Source: Octopus vulgaris (Eukaryota). Taken from it: a stretch of DNA of 64,000 nucleotides. Below, in pieces: positions 52,339 through 64,000 of this stretch. How positions within the stretch are numbered: the stretch's first letter is position 1; the number at the start of each line of letters is the position of its first letter. The position numbers and the translations under genes were made by a program. The stretch lies in the NCBI GenBank assembly GCA_951406725.2, contig OX597814.1, forward strand, positions 75,516,001-75,580,000. Direction: 5' to 3'. The notes beneath the pieces were generated by a model, which was given only the letters and a program-made list of their open reading frames with translations, was not told where the DNA came from and ran no database searches.

Positions 52339-54845
52339 ATAATAATAATACTAATAATAATAGACAGTGGCTCTCATGGCTTCTGATCTTAACTGATTGG
52401 AAGTTATCATATAGATTGTTTTTGTCTCGGTATAAAAGATGGGCTACAACAATGTTCTGCTCAACATCACAGTTGACCAGTTGTTTGACCTTACTTAACC
52501 AGTTAAGCATGTCCTTTAGTGGCTGGCGATATGTGCATCTCTGATCATGAGCAGAAGTAGTGAGGGAGCATCATAGCCATGTGTTGAGCACCATGTCGTG
52601 CACATATGGTTGTGCCTGGTGTGCCCTTATCAGACAGGTAGTTATGATGAGTATACTTGGCTTCATAAATTTTACCTGTGTCACTTTGATGGCATGCACT
52701 GCTCTCTCACTCAATAATAATAATAAAAATGATGATGATGATAATAATAATAATGCCTTGATGCAGTACCAGGCCATTGCTCTCATGGTTTCTGATCTTA
52801 ACTGATTGAAAGTGTTATCATGTACATGTTTAGTCTTTGTATAAAAGATGGGCTACAGCAAATACTCTGCTCAATACCACAGATTTACTTGTCAGTTGCT
52901 TGACCATAGTCAGTTGAGCATGTCCCTTAGTGGCTGATAATATATGCATCTCTGATCCCAAGCAGGAGTTGAGGGATATTCTTTGGGGTCTGAATAATTC
53001 ACTCCTGGAAACATGGGTGTTTCATTCATCATCCTTAATCCTTATTCAGAGACCTTTTGAGTGAGATGAGCTACTCGAACTGAAGAACTGGGCCCAGCTA
53101 GCAAGGTCATGTCTTTTTTATTTTGATATGAGGTCATCATGTACATGTAGTTGTGATGCATGTGCTAGGTGTAACCTTATCAGACAGGTAGTCATGATGG
53201 GAATATTGGGCTTCATATATTTGTATCTTAGTGTCACTTTGATGGTGTGTACTGCTCCCTCACTCAATAATAATAATAATAATAATAATATGAATAATGT
53301 GAAGAGCTGGCTTTACAAAAAGTGATGTGGTTAAAATTTTTTTAAATTTAAGTTTTAAAAGTACAATCTAACTTAATATTTGATTTCTTTCCTGTTAGAA
53401 TTCTAAATATGGAAATTTAATCAGTCAAACCAAAGAAGGAAAACAACCTAGCTTTTAACAAAGGAAATCAAATCTCAAAATTACTAGTAGCAAAAATAAA
53501 AGAATCTGTCAGTACACAAAAGAGAGACTGAAAAATGAGTGTTGAAAGTAATAAAATGCACACCCAGGAAAAAAAAAAAAAACAAACAAATGACCTGCAG
53601 CAAATAGAAGAGACAATGACATCCTTTTAATAAGATATTCTGCTACAGACATTGAACACTAATTGTCAAAAACAGAGCTCGTCAATTATTTGTTGATAAA
53701 AATGACAAATGATACCGACTGTCAAAATCACTTAGTAATGAAATACTAGAATTGATGTGTGTGTGCACATGTGCCTGAAGGGTGTCAGGCTGAGCATGAG
53801 CATGCACACAGATAAGCTCTTCAATCACATCAAATTAAGAAGACAAACTGGTCCTCTCCCCTCATCCCCAACTCAATTAGATAACTGATTGTGTCCCAAC
53901 ATCATCAAACAATGCACTTTCTGAGTTTGCTCATATTTTCACCAAACTCTACAAACCAAATCAGACTGGAGTCTGGTGCACCTCTCCAGCTCTGATCAAA
54001 CCATCCAACCAATGGACAAGAGATGTTAATGCTGCTGATGATGATGCTTTTAGAAAATAAAATATTAAAGAAAGACTACCTAAATGAAAGTAACATCACT
54101 GAGGCTACCAACTAATGAACCTATCACTTTCACTTTCAATATAGCAAAAATGTAAAAGTAATAGTTAACAATGATGCTTTTATCACCTTGGGCCTCAGTT
54201 GTTACCAATATGGTGCCTACTGAGCTGGATCAACCAAAAATGTTTTATCTTCAATAATTATATTTCAGTTACCATATTGTCAGCCAAGAGGTTGAAAAGT
54301 AAAGTGAATAACCTGTGAAGTGTTATCATTATCAACATCATCATTTAGCCTCTGTTTTTCATAGTGGCACGAGTTAGACGGTTTGATTGGAGCTCGTAAG
54401 CCAAAGAGCTGTACCAGTTCCAGTCTGATTTGGCTTGGATTCTAGAGCTTGATATCCTTCCTGATGCAACCACTCCAAGAATGAAGTGGGTGCCTTTTAC
54501 ATGTCACAGGCACCATCCACGACTATGATTTCACTTGGCACAGTAAATCACTTGTCATCACGTCCATAAGTGAAATTTCAAATCAGAATTCAAAGGTACA
54601 TGGCAATGAATTTCAAGGCACTCTAATTAAGAAACTAAACTAAGCAGAACAAATGCAGCTCTATGTAGGGTGGGACAAGAAAGTTTCAGCCTGGTCATTT
54701 AACGAGTTCAAAATAGAAGCCAAATCATTCTCAAGTCATGCACAAGTGTCTTCAAAACACACAATGACTAATATAGTCCAGTGCATCTTATGCCTGAAAA
54801 TAAGAACAAGATGGTCAAATGATGGTTGCCCTTCGGGTGAACATA

Positions 54846-56106
54846 CTAGGTCATCCCATAAATGATGCAGTTTTTTGCTATTGCATGAACAGAGAAGGAT
54901 GGGATAAACTACCTGCATCAACTTGCTATAAAAGCAGGTAGTAATTTTACCATGCCCTTATTCTTAGTGCAAGTTTTGAAGAGTGCAGTTTGATTTTAAC
55001 AGTTATTTTTTCAAAGCTATAATGGAAGTGACAAAGGAGCATATTCAGTATATTTTGCTTTATGAGTTCGATAAAGACAACAATGTAACAGAGAGTGCGA
55101 GGAATACTAATGCGGTATATGGAGATTGGACAATACGCATAAGCCAGTGTCAATAGTGATTCCAGAAATTCCAAGATGGAAACTACAGCCTAGAAGACAA
55201 ACCTCATCCTGGAAGATCTGTAGCGCTTGAAGAGAACATCCTGCAAACCCTGGTGGAACAAAATTCCATCCTAACTGTTGAGAAACTAGCAGAAAAGCAT
55301 GGATTTGATCATTCAACCATTCAGTGACACTTGTGTGCCATTGGAAAAGTCAGCAAATTGGGTCAATGGGTCCCTCACAAACTTTCTGAGTCTAATTGTT
55401 TGCAGAGAGTGAATGTGTGCTCTTCTTTGCTGTCACGTCTCAAAAATGAATCTTTTTTGGACCGAATAGTGACTGGTGAGGAGAAATGGGTTTTCTATAA
55501 AAATGTCAAGCACCGAAGACAATGGGTAGGGAAAGGAGAAATACTAGCACCCCAGGCTAAAGAAGATCTTCACTCATGTAAGATGTTGTTATCTATTTGG
55601 TGGGATATGAAGGGTCTAGTCCACTTTGAACTTTTAAACCCAAACCAAACAATAACAAAGGAGATCTACTGTGAGCCACTTGTAAGTAAGTGCTAGAAGA
55701 AAAATGACCATCTTTGGTTTCAAGACGAAAAGTGGTCTTCCATCAGGATAATGCTCGGCCACATACAACGAGGATGACATTCCAAAGGCTGGAACAGTTT
55801 GGATGGGAAACGATGCCCTACTCACCATATTCACCAGACATTGCCCTATCTGATTATCATTTATTCCAGTCTTCACAATCATTTGGACGGAAAAATATGA
55901 ATTCTGTAGGTGAGGTCAGAACAGTACTGGAGAAATATTTTTCATCACGGACAAGTGAATCTTGGGAGAGGGTCCTTGAAAGTCTACCAGATTGATGGAA
56001 GAGCACTGTAGAAAATGAAGGCGAGTCTATTTTACATTAAAAAAAGAACTATATTTTAAAAAATAAAAGAAGTATAAAAAACCACATTATTTATGGGATG
56101 ACATAA
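54846..56106 (+). mobile_element. Mariner (DD34D) transposon, full length, defective
   Basis: TA flanks; TIR ctaggtcatcccataaatgatgcagtttttt versus aaaaaaccacattatttatgggatgacataa. Motifs WVPHKL, IVTGEEKW and HQDNARPH...YSPDIALSDYHLF (D34D), with stops and frameshifts. Confidence 0.92.
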
Positions 56107-56584
56107 TAACTAAAAGTGAACCAGGAACTAATTATACTACAGCTAATAGCCTTTCTTTATGAACAAACTAACAAAGAAGAAATGAAAAAATGACACATTC
56201 AGGTGTGCTGATGCCCAATTTTTTACCAACCCTGTCCACAAATTCAGCAGGGAGAGATCAGTTGATTAAATTAACTCAGCTACTTAATTAGCATTTTATT
56301 TTATCATCAAAAGAAAGATGGAAACCAAAATTGATTATGGTTGACTTGGAATATAATCCACCCCGACTAAATATAAAAAGATTTTGTCTAGCACTCTAAT
56401 GATCGTCAATTCATTACAATAATAATGATAATAAAAAATATCAAAAGAAACCTCACAATATTACACATTGTCTCAAAAGTAGCTCTGCTAGGAACAGCCC
56501 ACATCTTACACAAGATTGTCAATCCAATAGAATAGCTCATATAGATCAATCATCTCACACAAAACACTATACAACAATCATCTA

Positions 56585-58355
56585 TCAGGTTGAGTAAAAA
56601 ATAAGCAATATTTTGAAACATGAAGAATTTGTACTGGCTTTTCGCAAAGTTTTGATATTTTTAAAAGCATTTTTTAAAAAATTGTCTGATAATACAGACA
56701 TAGACTTGCCCAAATGCATCAATAAATTAACTGATATTTTATTCACCATTGTTACAATCATCTGAAATGGAAGTGTCCAAGTGCAATATTCAAGCAATTT
56801 TGCTATTTAACTTTTAGAAATGATGTGAAGCAGCTGAAACTCCTCGCAATATCAATGAAACGGTTGGTGAGGAAATGACCACTGAGTGGTCAGCTCGAAA
56901 ATGGTTTGAATGATTTCGCAGTGGAGACCTGAGCCTTGAAGATTGTGAGCATAATGGACGCCCATCTGTCATTGATGATGGTCAATTAAAGACTGTCATT
57001 GTGGAAGATCCATGTAAAGAGAACAGGCAAAAGAACTTCAAGTTAGTCAGAATACTGCCTGCAGCCATTTGCATGCGATTGGAAAATCAAAAAAGCTTGA
57101 CAAATGAGTACCATACTATTTGAATGAAAATCAGAAAATGCGCAGATATGAAATTTGCTCATTGCTTCTCCATAACCAGACTGATCCATTTCTCAACTGT
57201 ATTGTAATTGTACAATAATAAAAAATGTTCTTTGCAGTGGTTGGACCAAAATGAAGCACTGAAAACCTTCCCTAAACCCAAGTCCTTCAAAAAGAAGTTT
57301 ATGGTGATTGTTTGGTGGTGTACTGCTGGACTCATCCACTATAACTTCTTAAAACCTAGAAAAAATATCAGTGTAGAAACATATTGCCATGAAATTGCCA
57401 AAATGAATGAAAAACTGCAACTCCTCCATCCCAAACAGGTCAACAGAAGAGAGCCAATCATTCTTTGTGACAATGCTCAACCACACATTTCATTAATGAT
57501 GCTCCAGAAGTTGAGAGAACTTGGCTAAGTAGTTCTTCCCCACCCAGCTTATTCCTCAGACCTTTCTCCTACCAACTACCACTTTTCAAGCACTTTGATG
57601 GTTTTCTGTGAGAGAAGAAGTTCAAAAATGAAACCAATGCTGAAAGTGCATTCAAAGAGTTCATCAGAACTTCAGATTTTTATGTTACTGGAATAAACAA
57701 ACTTGTAACTCATTGGCAAAACTGTGTTGACTGTAATGGTACTTACTTTGATGAATAAAATTTTTGCATTGTTGAAATACTGTAAGTCCTCGAGTATAGT
57801 CCGCCCTTGAGTATAATACGCAGGGGATTTTTAGGGGGCTGTACCTCTGAAAAACCTAAACCTTGTGTATAATACGCATCCCTTCTCTAACTTGAGTCGT
57901 GTGTCATTAAGCCAGCAGCAGCTATTCGAACAACACTTCCGCGCATGCGTAATACAATAATGGTGATGTTCTAAACTGTTATATGGGAATGTAAATATGT
58001 TTGCAAATTGTTTTTGTTACATGTTATTCTGTGTTCTGAATACTTTTATTTTAATAAATGTTGTTTACTGCAAGTTATGGATGATTCTTTTATGACTTCA
58101 TTGCTTTCAGGCTTAGCTTAAGGTATTTTTGAATCCGACATCACAAAATGCATCTGAATAAGCATTACTGGACAGCAAATAGAGACTCAGACATTGCTTA
58201 GAAAATATTTTTCATTTTTAACCTCGTATATAGTACGCACTAGGGATTTTGACCTTTAAATTTTGGGGGGAAAATGTGGATTATACTCGAGGATTTACGG
58301 TATATTGTGATGAATTTCATGTTTCAAAATGCTGCTTACTTTTTGCTCCGCCTGA
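56585..58355 (+). mobile_element. Mariner transposon (second family), defective, containing a nested MITE
   Basis: TA flanks; ~40-bp TIR tcaggttgagtaaaaaataagcaatattttgaaacatgaa versus right-end reverse complement tcaggcggagcaaaaagtaagcagcattttgaaacatgaa. Motifs VIVWWCTAG, DNAQPH, YSSDLSPTNYHF. Confidence 0.9.
57780..58300. mobile_element. pogo-type MITE nested in the mariner
   Basis: TA TSD; TIR ctgtaagtcctcgagtatagtccgc versus gtggattatactcgaggatttacgg; internal repeats of gtataatacgca. Confidence 0.85.
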
Positions 58356-60234
58356 TAATAATCTAAAAAACATAATTTATGCAACATATACTATACAGGC
58401 TAATAAACTGACACAAGTCATCTTACATATACTACATACATTAATGAAACAAGAAGCTAAACCCCTAAACAAAACTGGGGCAGTATATCAAAAGGAATCT
58501 ACACTCCTCCAATCCCCACAAAAAGTAAGAACACAATACTGCACATGACTCAGGAAAATCAAAGCTGGTGCAGCAGAAAATCACATGAAACTGGTACTTT
58601 TTTCTTATTTTCCTTTTTAAATTCTTTCATACCCCTTTATTTTTCTATCACATAACTTGATTTTGTAAATGATCTAGTGTGTTTATTTTAATGGCCTACC
58701 AATGCATACAGTGAATTTCTTTGCCCTAGGTGTCAGGAAGACACTTGGCAAGAAATGGAAACAAATTTGAAAGAAGAAAAAAAACAATAAAAATAATAAT
58801 AAAAATATGAAATATTTTGCGATGATCATTATTTCTTTTTTTACTTGTCAAATAAACACATGCACTTTACATTTGTTCTTCACTTATTATTATTATTTTA
58901 TGTCCATTGTCTGGACATTGGAGTGGGAGTGGGCAAGTTGATATCAACTCCAATACTTGATTAGTATTTTCTTTTATTGACCTTTGGGGGAAGAGGAGGA
59001 TGAAAAGCAAAGTTGATCTCAGCATTTGAAAGTAAAAAAAAGTCAATAGAAATGTTACAAGGCATTATAATAATTTTACCAACTATGTATTCTTTCCAAC
59101 AGAAGCACAAGACCAGAAATTTAGCAGGAAGGGAACAGTCAATTATACTGACCCCAGCACTATGGAAGGCACTTTATTCATCCCCAGAGGGATGAATGAC
59201 AAAGATGACTTTAGCAGAATTTTCAATTCAGATCATAAAAAGACAAAACAATACTGTAAGGTAATTTTTCAAAGCTCAAACAATTCTGCCAATCCATCAC
59301 AATAATTAAAGGGTAAAGACTCCTTTCAGTCATGAATGACCATGGGATTGCACCTAGAAAATTCCCTTCCAAAGTACCAAGTCTGGGAGAGGTAGTTCAT
59401 GGAAGATTAGCAGTCACTCATGCATGCCAGCATTCCCTCTCCACACCACTGTTGTTATCCAAGAGAAAGACAAAGGCCAATACAGCTTGGTACAATTTAC
59501 TTCGCAACTCATTTCTACAGCTGAGTGAACTGGAGCAATGTGAAATGAAGTATCTTGCTCAAGAACACAACACACAGCTTGGTCTGAGAATCAAACTCAC
59601 TACCTCATGACTGTGAGCTTGATGCTCTAACCACTGAACCATGAGCCTTCACATCACAATAATTATTATAATGATAGTGGCTCCTAATTGAGGTCAGAAA
59701 TTTTAAGGGGAAGAGTTAACCAATATCACTGACCCCAGTATTTGACTGGTACTATGTTATACCAACACCAAAAGGATGAAAAGCAAAGATGACCTCAGTG
59801 ATATTTGAACCCAGAACATAAAGAGCTCAAGCAAATACCATAAAGCATTTTTGTTGATGCTATAGGAATTCTGTCATCTATCACCCTAATAATGATATCA
59901 AATTTTGGCACAAGGCCAGCAAGTTCAGAGGAGGAGTTAAATCGATTACATCAACCCCAGTGTTCCATTGGTACTTATTTTATTGACACCAAAAGGATGA
60001 AAAGCAAAGAAGGACAAAATGCTGCTAAGCATTTTGCCCGGCATGCTAACAACTCTGTCAACTTGCCACTTTCAACCACTCTAATAATAACAACACAAAG
60101 ACAGAAACAGAAATCAAAACAGATTCTATGTCTCTAAGAGTAAGTCAAAAGGAGTAATTAAAAAGGTAATAATTTATAGATTTATGTTGAAACAAAAATG
60201 CTAAAGCAATACTGTCTACTTTAATTTATTTATT

Positions 60235-60447
60235 TTTCGACTCTAGGCACAAGGCCCGAAATTTTGGAGGAGGAGGGCAGTCGATTCAGTTGACTCCAGT
60301 ACGCAACTGGTACTTAATTTATCAATCCCGAAAGGATGAAAGGCAAAGTCAACCTCAGCAGAATTTGAACTCAGGACGTAAAGACAGACGAAATACCACT
60401 AAGCATTATGCCCAGTGTACTAACGTTTCTGCCAACTCACTGCCTTA
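60235..60447 (-). mobile_element. tRNA-head SINE with a Deu/Nin-like central domain; copies at ~5480-5620, 19560-19772, 22450-22730, 33375-33680, 41070-41270, 42255-42420, 45745-45940, 49320-49530, 59700-60070
   Basis: Minus strand has B-box gagttcaaattc followed by ttgactttgcctttcatcctttcggg...gataaattaagtaccag, which recurs throughout the window. Confidence 0.75.
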
Positions 60448-62654
60448 AACTTTCTCCTTTAATTATGAAAGTTGTCAGATGTTGCCATAATACTTTGTTT
60501 TTTTTTTTCATACTCAAAGGCCTCATCAAAAATGTTTAATGTTTATGAGGATCTAATAATTAACAGTCAAGAGAGAGCCTAATTGACTGGAACTGTGTTA
60601 GGAGAGTGTAGGGAAAGAGTTCATTCAATATAAATTTCGAAGTAAAATTTCATTTTGTCCTTTGGTATTGTTTGAGATATACAAATGAAGTGAAAGTTTT
60701 TTTGTTTTTTTTTTTTTTTGCCCAAGGTTACATTAAAAGTTACTGATTTAGATTTTTGACTGGAGTTGAAATAACTTGAAAAATAACCTTTATATTAAAA
60801 TTTTAAATTACAGGAAAACAACAGCTTACTGAAAGCCATCCAAAAAGGTACAATGGTAGAGATTTTATATATGAATGTGTATATATTCTCATTTTCTTTT
60901 ACTTGTTTCAGTTATTGGTCTTTGGCCATGCTGGAGCACCATCTTGAAGGGAATAGTTGAACAAACTGACATCATTATTGACCAGAAAGTAAGCAAACCG
61001 ACATCATTTGTCAAGCAGTAGAAGAACAAACACAAAGATGTATACTCACAAACATAATGATAGACTTCCACACAACTGCCATCTACAATATTCACTCAAA
61101 GAATTGGTCACACTAGGGACATAATAGAAGACATGTCCAAAGTACCATGCAGTCAGATTGAACCTGAAACCATATGGTTGCAAGGCAAACTTCATAACAC
61201 AACTATGCTTACACATCACATGTATGTATGTGTGTGTATTCTGTGTGGTTGCAGTTTTTGTTGTTTAACTCCACCAGCACTGGACTAACATTTTTACATT
61301 CAGGCATTGTGCACCTCTGACTAAATTGCCCAATGTGTCCTTCCTTTTCTAAACCAGTCAGGTGTGATTTTAGGGCAATTTGCTTGGTAATTCTAACAAG
61401 ATGAGCAGCCATGCAATGGCTCTCTCATTGACTAATATCAAGGCCACTTTGCTGGCTCATTACATTATGCTTGCTGTTGTGTAGACCTTGATTAACACTA
61501 ATTGAGCAAACATAGAATGAAATGCATTCCAGCTATGACCGTCCAATCTTTTTAGGGGTATGTAAGACTACATTATATAAGGTATCCTCATTTAAGATTG
61601 TAGAGGGAGTTTTTGGTGCTACACCAAACAGGTGACACAACCACACAATATCTCCCTCACTGGTTCCCTACTATAATGTGTCCTTAGGCAAGAAAGACAA
61701 CTTGTCCCAGTTTACTTGATTAAAATGGTGTTAGCATATTTAATGCAGCAGACATTAAAAGCTTCAAGAGAAATATAATTATACAGTGTGGGCAGAATAT
61801 TAACCAATGACTAATATTTTAATTATTTCAACATGTATGAGAAGCAGCTCTTGACATGTTTCGTCCTTAATATATCCACATCAGTGAAGTACAGACATCA
61901 CAATACCTGTTGAAGTAAAATTGTTTAGAGAATAAATAACAGAGAGATGCCATCTACATGAAAACCAATAGTTAAGTAATGAGGACAACTATATATTGAT
62001 TGATTATAATACATTTATGTATTTTATGACTAAATCAAACAGCTTGCTGTAGTAAAACTTAGTTGGAAAATAAGCTATTTATCAATACTAATTTTGACAT
62101 TTATGTAACAGAATGGCTTACAGAGAAAAAAGGAGAAGGAGTGCAAGGAAATTATAAAGAAAGTATGAGTAATGTCCAAACATTATTACTTTCCAACAGT
62201 TAAGCTGACTACAATGATCTGCAAAAGATTCTTAACTTCTTCTTACTAACCTTATAACTTTAAATGGTTGAGAGTTATGCTACCAAGAGTAGAAAGTGTC
62301 AAGAGAAACTTTAGACTTGCTACATATGAAACATGCAAGAGACATTAACTATAGCGACAATGTAGATAAATTTTCAACCATAACACTGCACTTTTCAAAT
62401 AAGAACTAAGTGTCACAAAATAGAGCCTGTGTACAATGGAGAGACTTGAATGAAGATGATGATAACCAGGAAGATAGGCATGACAATGGTTCATAACAGT
62501 TGTTAAAAGTTCATTGCTGCTAATTCAATAAAACTATAACAATATATAAAGATATTAGAATATACCGGGTGTTTAACACAACCAAAAGTAAATGAAACAA
62601 AAAAACTTGTAAACAATGTGCTAAAAAAAAACACATATCAAGTCATGAAAAATC

Positions 62655-64000
62655 ATCATCATCATCATCATCATTTAGCGTCCGTTTTCCATGCTAGCAT
62701 GGGTTGGACGGTTCAACTGGGGTCTGGGGAGCCCGAAGGCTGCACCAGGCCAGTCAGATCTGGCAGTGTTTCTACAGCTGGATGCCCTTCCTAACGCCAA
62801 CCACTCCGAGAGTGTAGTGGGTGATTTTATGTGCCACCGACACAGGTGCCAGACGAGGCTGGCAGACGGCCACGCTCGGATGGTGTTTTTATGTGCCACC
62901 GACACAGGTGCCAGATGAGGCTGGCGGACGGCCACGATCGGATGGTGTTTGTTACGTCCCCCAAGCACGGAGGCCAGTCTATGCGGTACTGGCTACGGCC
63001 ACGTTCGGATGATTTTCTTGTGTGCCACCGGCACTGGTACCACAAAGATACAAATTCCATTGATGTTCATCTATTTTGATTTGTTTTGATTTGATTCTCA
63101 CTTGCCTCAACAGGTCTTCACAAGTGTCACAAGAAGGAAGGTATGCACAGGTGGACTGACTACGTCCCAGGTAGGGGCCACGGGTTATGGCCTGACTAGT
63201 CTTGCCGGGTCTTCGGATGGTGTTTTTATGTGCCACCGACACAGGTGCCAGATGAGGCTGGCGAACGGCCACGATTGGATGGTGTTTGTTGCGTGCCCAC
63301 AGCACGGAGGCCAGTTGATGCGGTACTGGCTACGGCCACGTTCGGATGGTTTTCTTGTGTGCCACCGGCACTGGTACCACAAAGATACAAATTCCATTGA
63401 TGTTCATCTATTTTGATTTGATTTGATTTGATTTTCACTTGCCTCAACAGGTCTTCACAAGTGTCACAAGAAGGAAGGAAGGTATGCACAGGTGGACTGA
63501 CTACGTCCCAAATAGGGGCCACGGGTTATGGCCTGACTAGTCTTGCCGGGTCTTCGGTTGGTGTTTTTATGTGCCACCGACACAGGTGCCAGATGAGGCT
63601 GGCGGACGGCCACGATCGGATGGTGTTTGTTATGTGCCCACATCACAGAGGCCAGTCGATGCGGTACTGGCTACGGCCACGTTCGGATGGTTTTCTTGTG
63701 TGCCACCGGTACTGGTACCACAAAGATACAAATTCCATTGATGTTCATCTATTTTGATTTGGTTTGATTTGATTTGATTTGATTTTCACTTGCCTCAACA
63801 GGTCTACACAAGTGTCACACACTTGCCTCAACAGGTCTTCACAAGTGTCATAAGTAGGAAGGTATGCACAGGTGGACTGACTACGTCGCCGGGTCTTCGG
63901 ATGGTGTTTTTATGTGCCACCGACACAGGTGCCAGATGAGGCTGGCGAACGGCCACGATCGGATGGTTTTCTTGTGTGCCACCGGTACCGGAACCACAAA
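62655..64000 (-). mobile_element. 3' UTR and tail of a second RTE-like element with ~340-bp tandem units (runs off the window)
   Basis: (CAT)n then the reverse complement of the RTE tail. Unit marker cacaaagatacaaattccattgatg occurs at 63041, 63378 and 63719. Confidence 0.85.

Larger units (their letters stand above)
56430..58802 (+). mobile_element. R4/Dong 3' fragment split by the mariner at 56585-58355
   Basis: KVALLGTAHILHK at ~56475-56513. The distal ccctagg...cttggcaag...tggaa followed by an A/TAA-rich tail resembles the 3' end at 40770-40842. Confidence 0.55.

Noticed and set aside
62190-62380. Possible hAT dimerisation-domain relic (LLHMKHARDINYSDNVDKFS)
   Set aside because: Similarity too weak by eye; no TIRs or TSD found.

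Overview
AT-rich eukaryotic (animal) intronic or intergenic DNA. The SINE/LINE repertoire looks like that of octopus/cephalopods, which is an inference from recognising the repeats. No host gene can be identified with confidence; there is only one weak exon candidate, and most short ORFs in the track are spurious. The window is dominated by mobile elements. DNA transposons include a maT (DD37D), a pogo/Passer-like (DD35D) and two mariner elements, Merlin-, piggyBac-, pogo- and mariner-type MITEs, and a non-autonomous Helitron. Retroelements include an RTE LINE, R4/Dong fragments in (TAA)n tracts and many SINEs. The standout is a nearly intact Hero-like RLE non-LTR retrotransposon (36037-40014) with an unusual set of RNA structures. 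Its last ~240 bp are repeated at its 5' end. That repeat holds all hammerhead-ribozyme core motifs (GUC, GAAA, CUGAUGA) in a scrambled order that seems to need two copies to fold. The 5' leader has five hairpins with the same GAAAGA loop but different stems, followed by a pseudoknot just upstream of the ORF.
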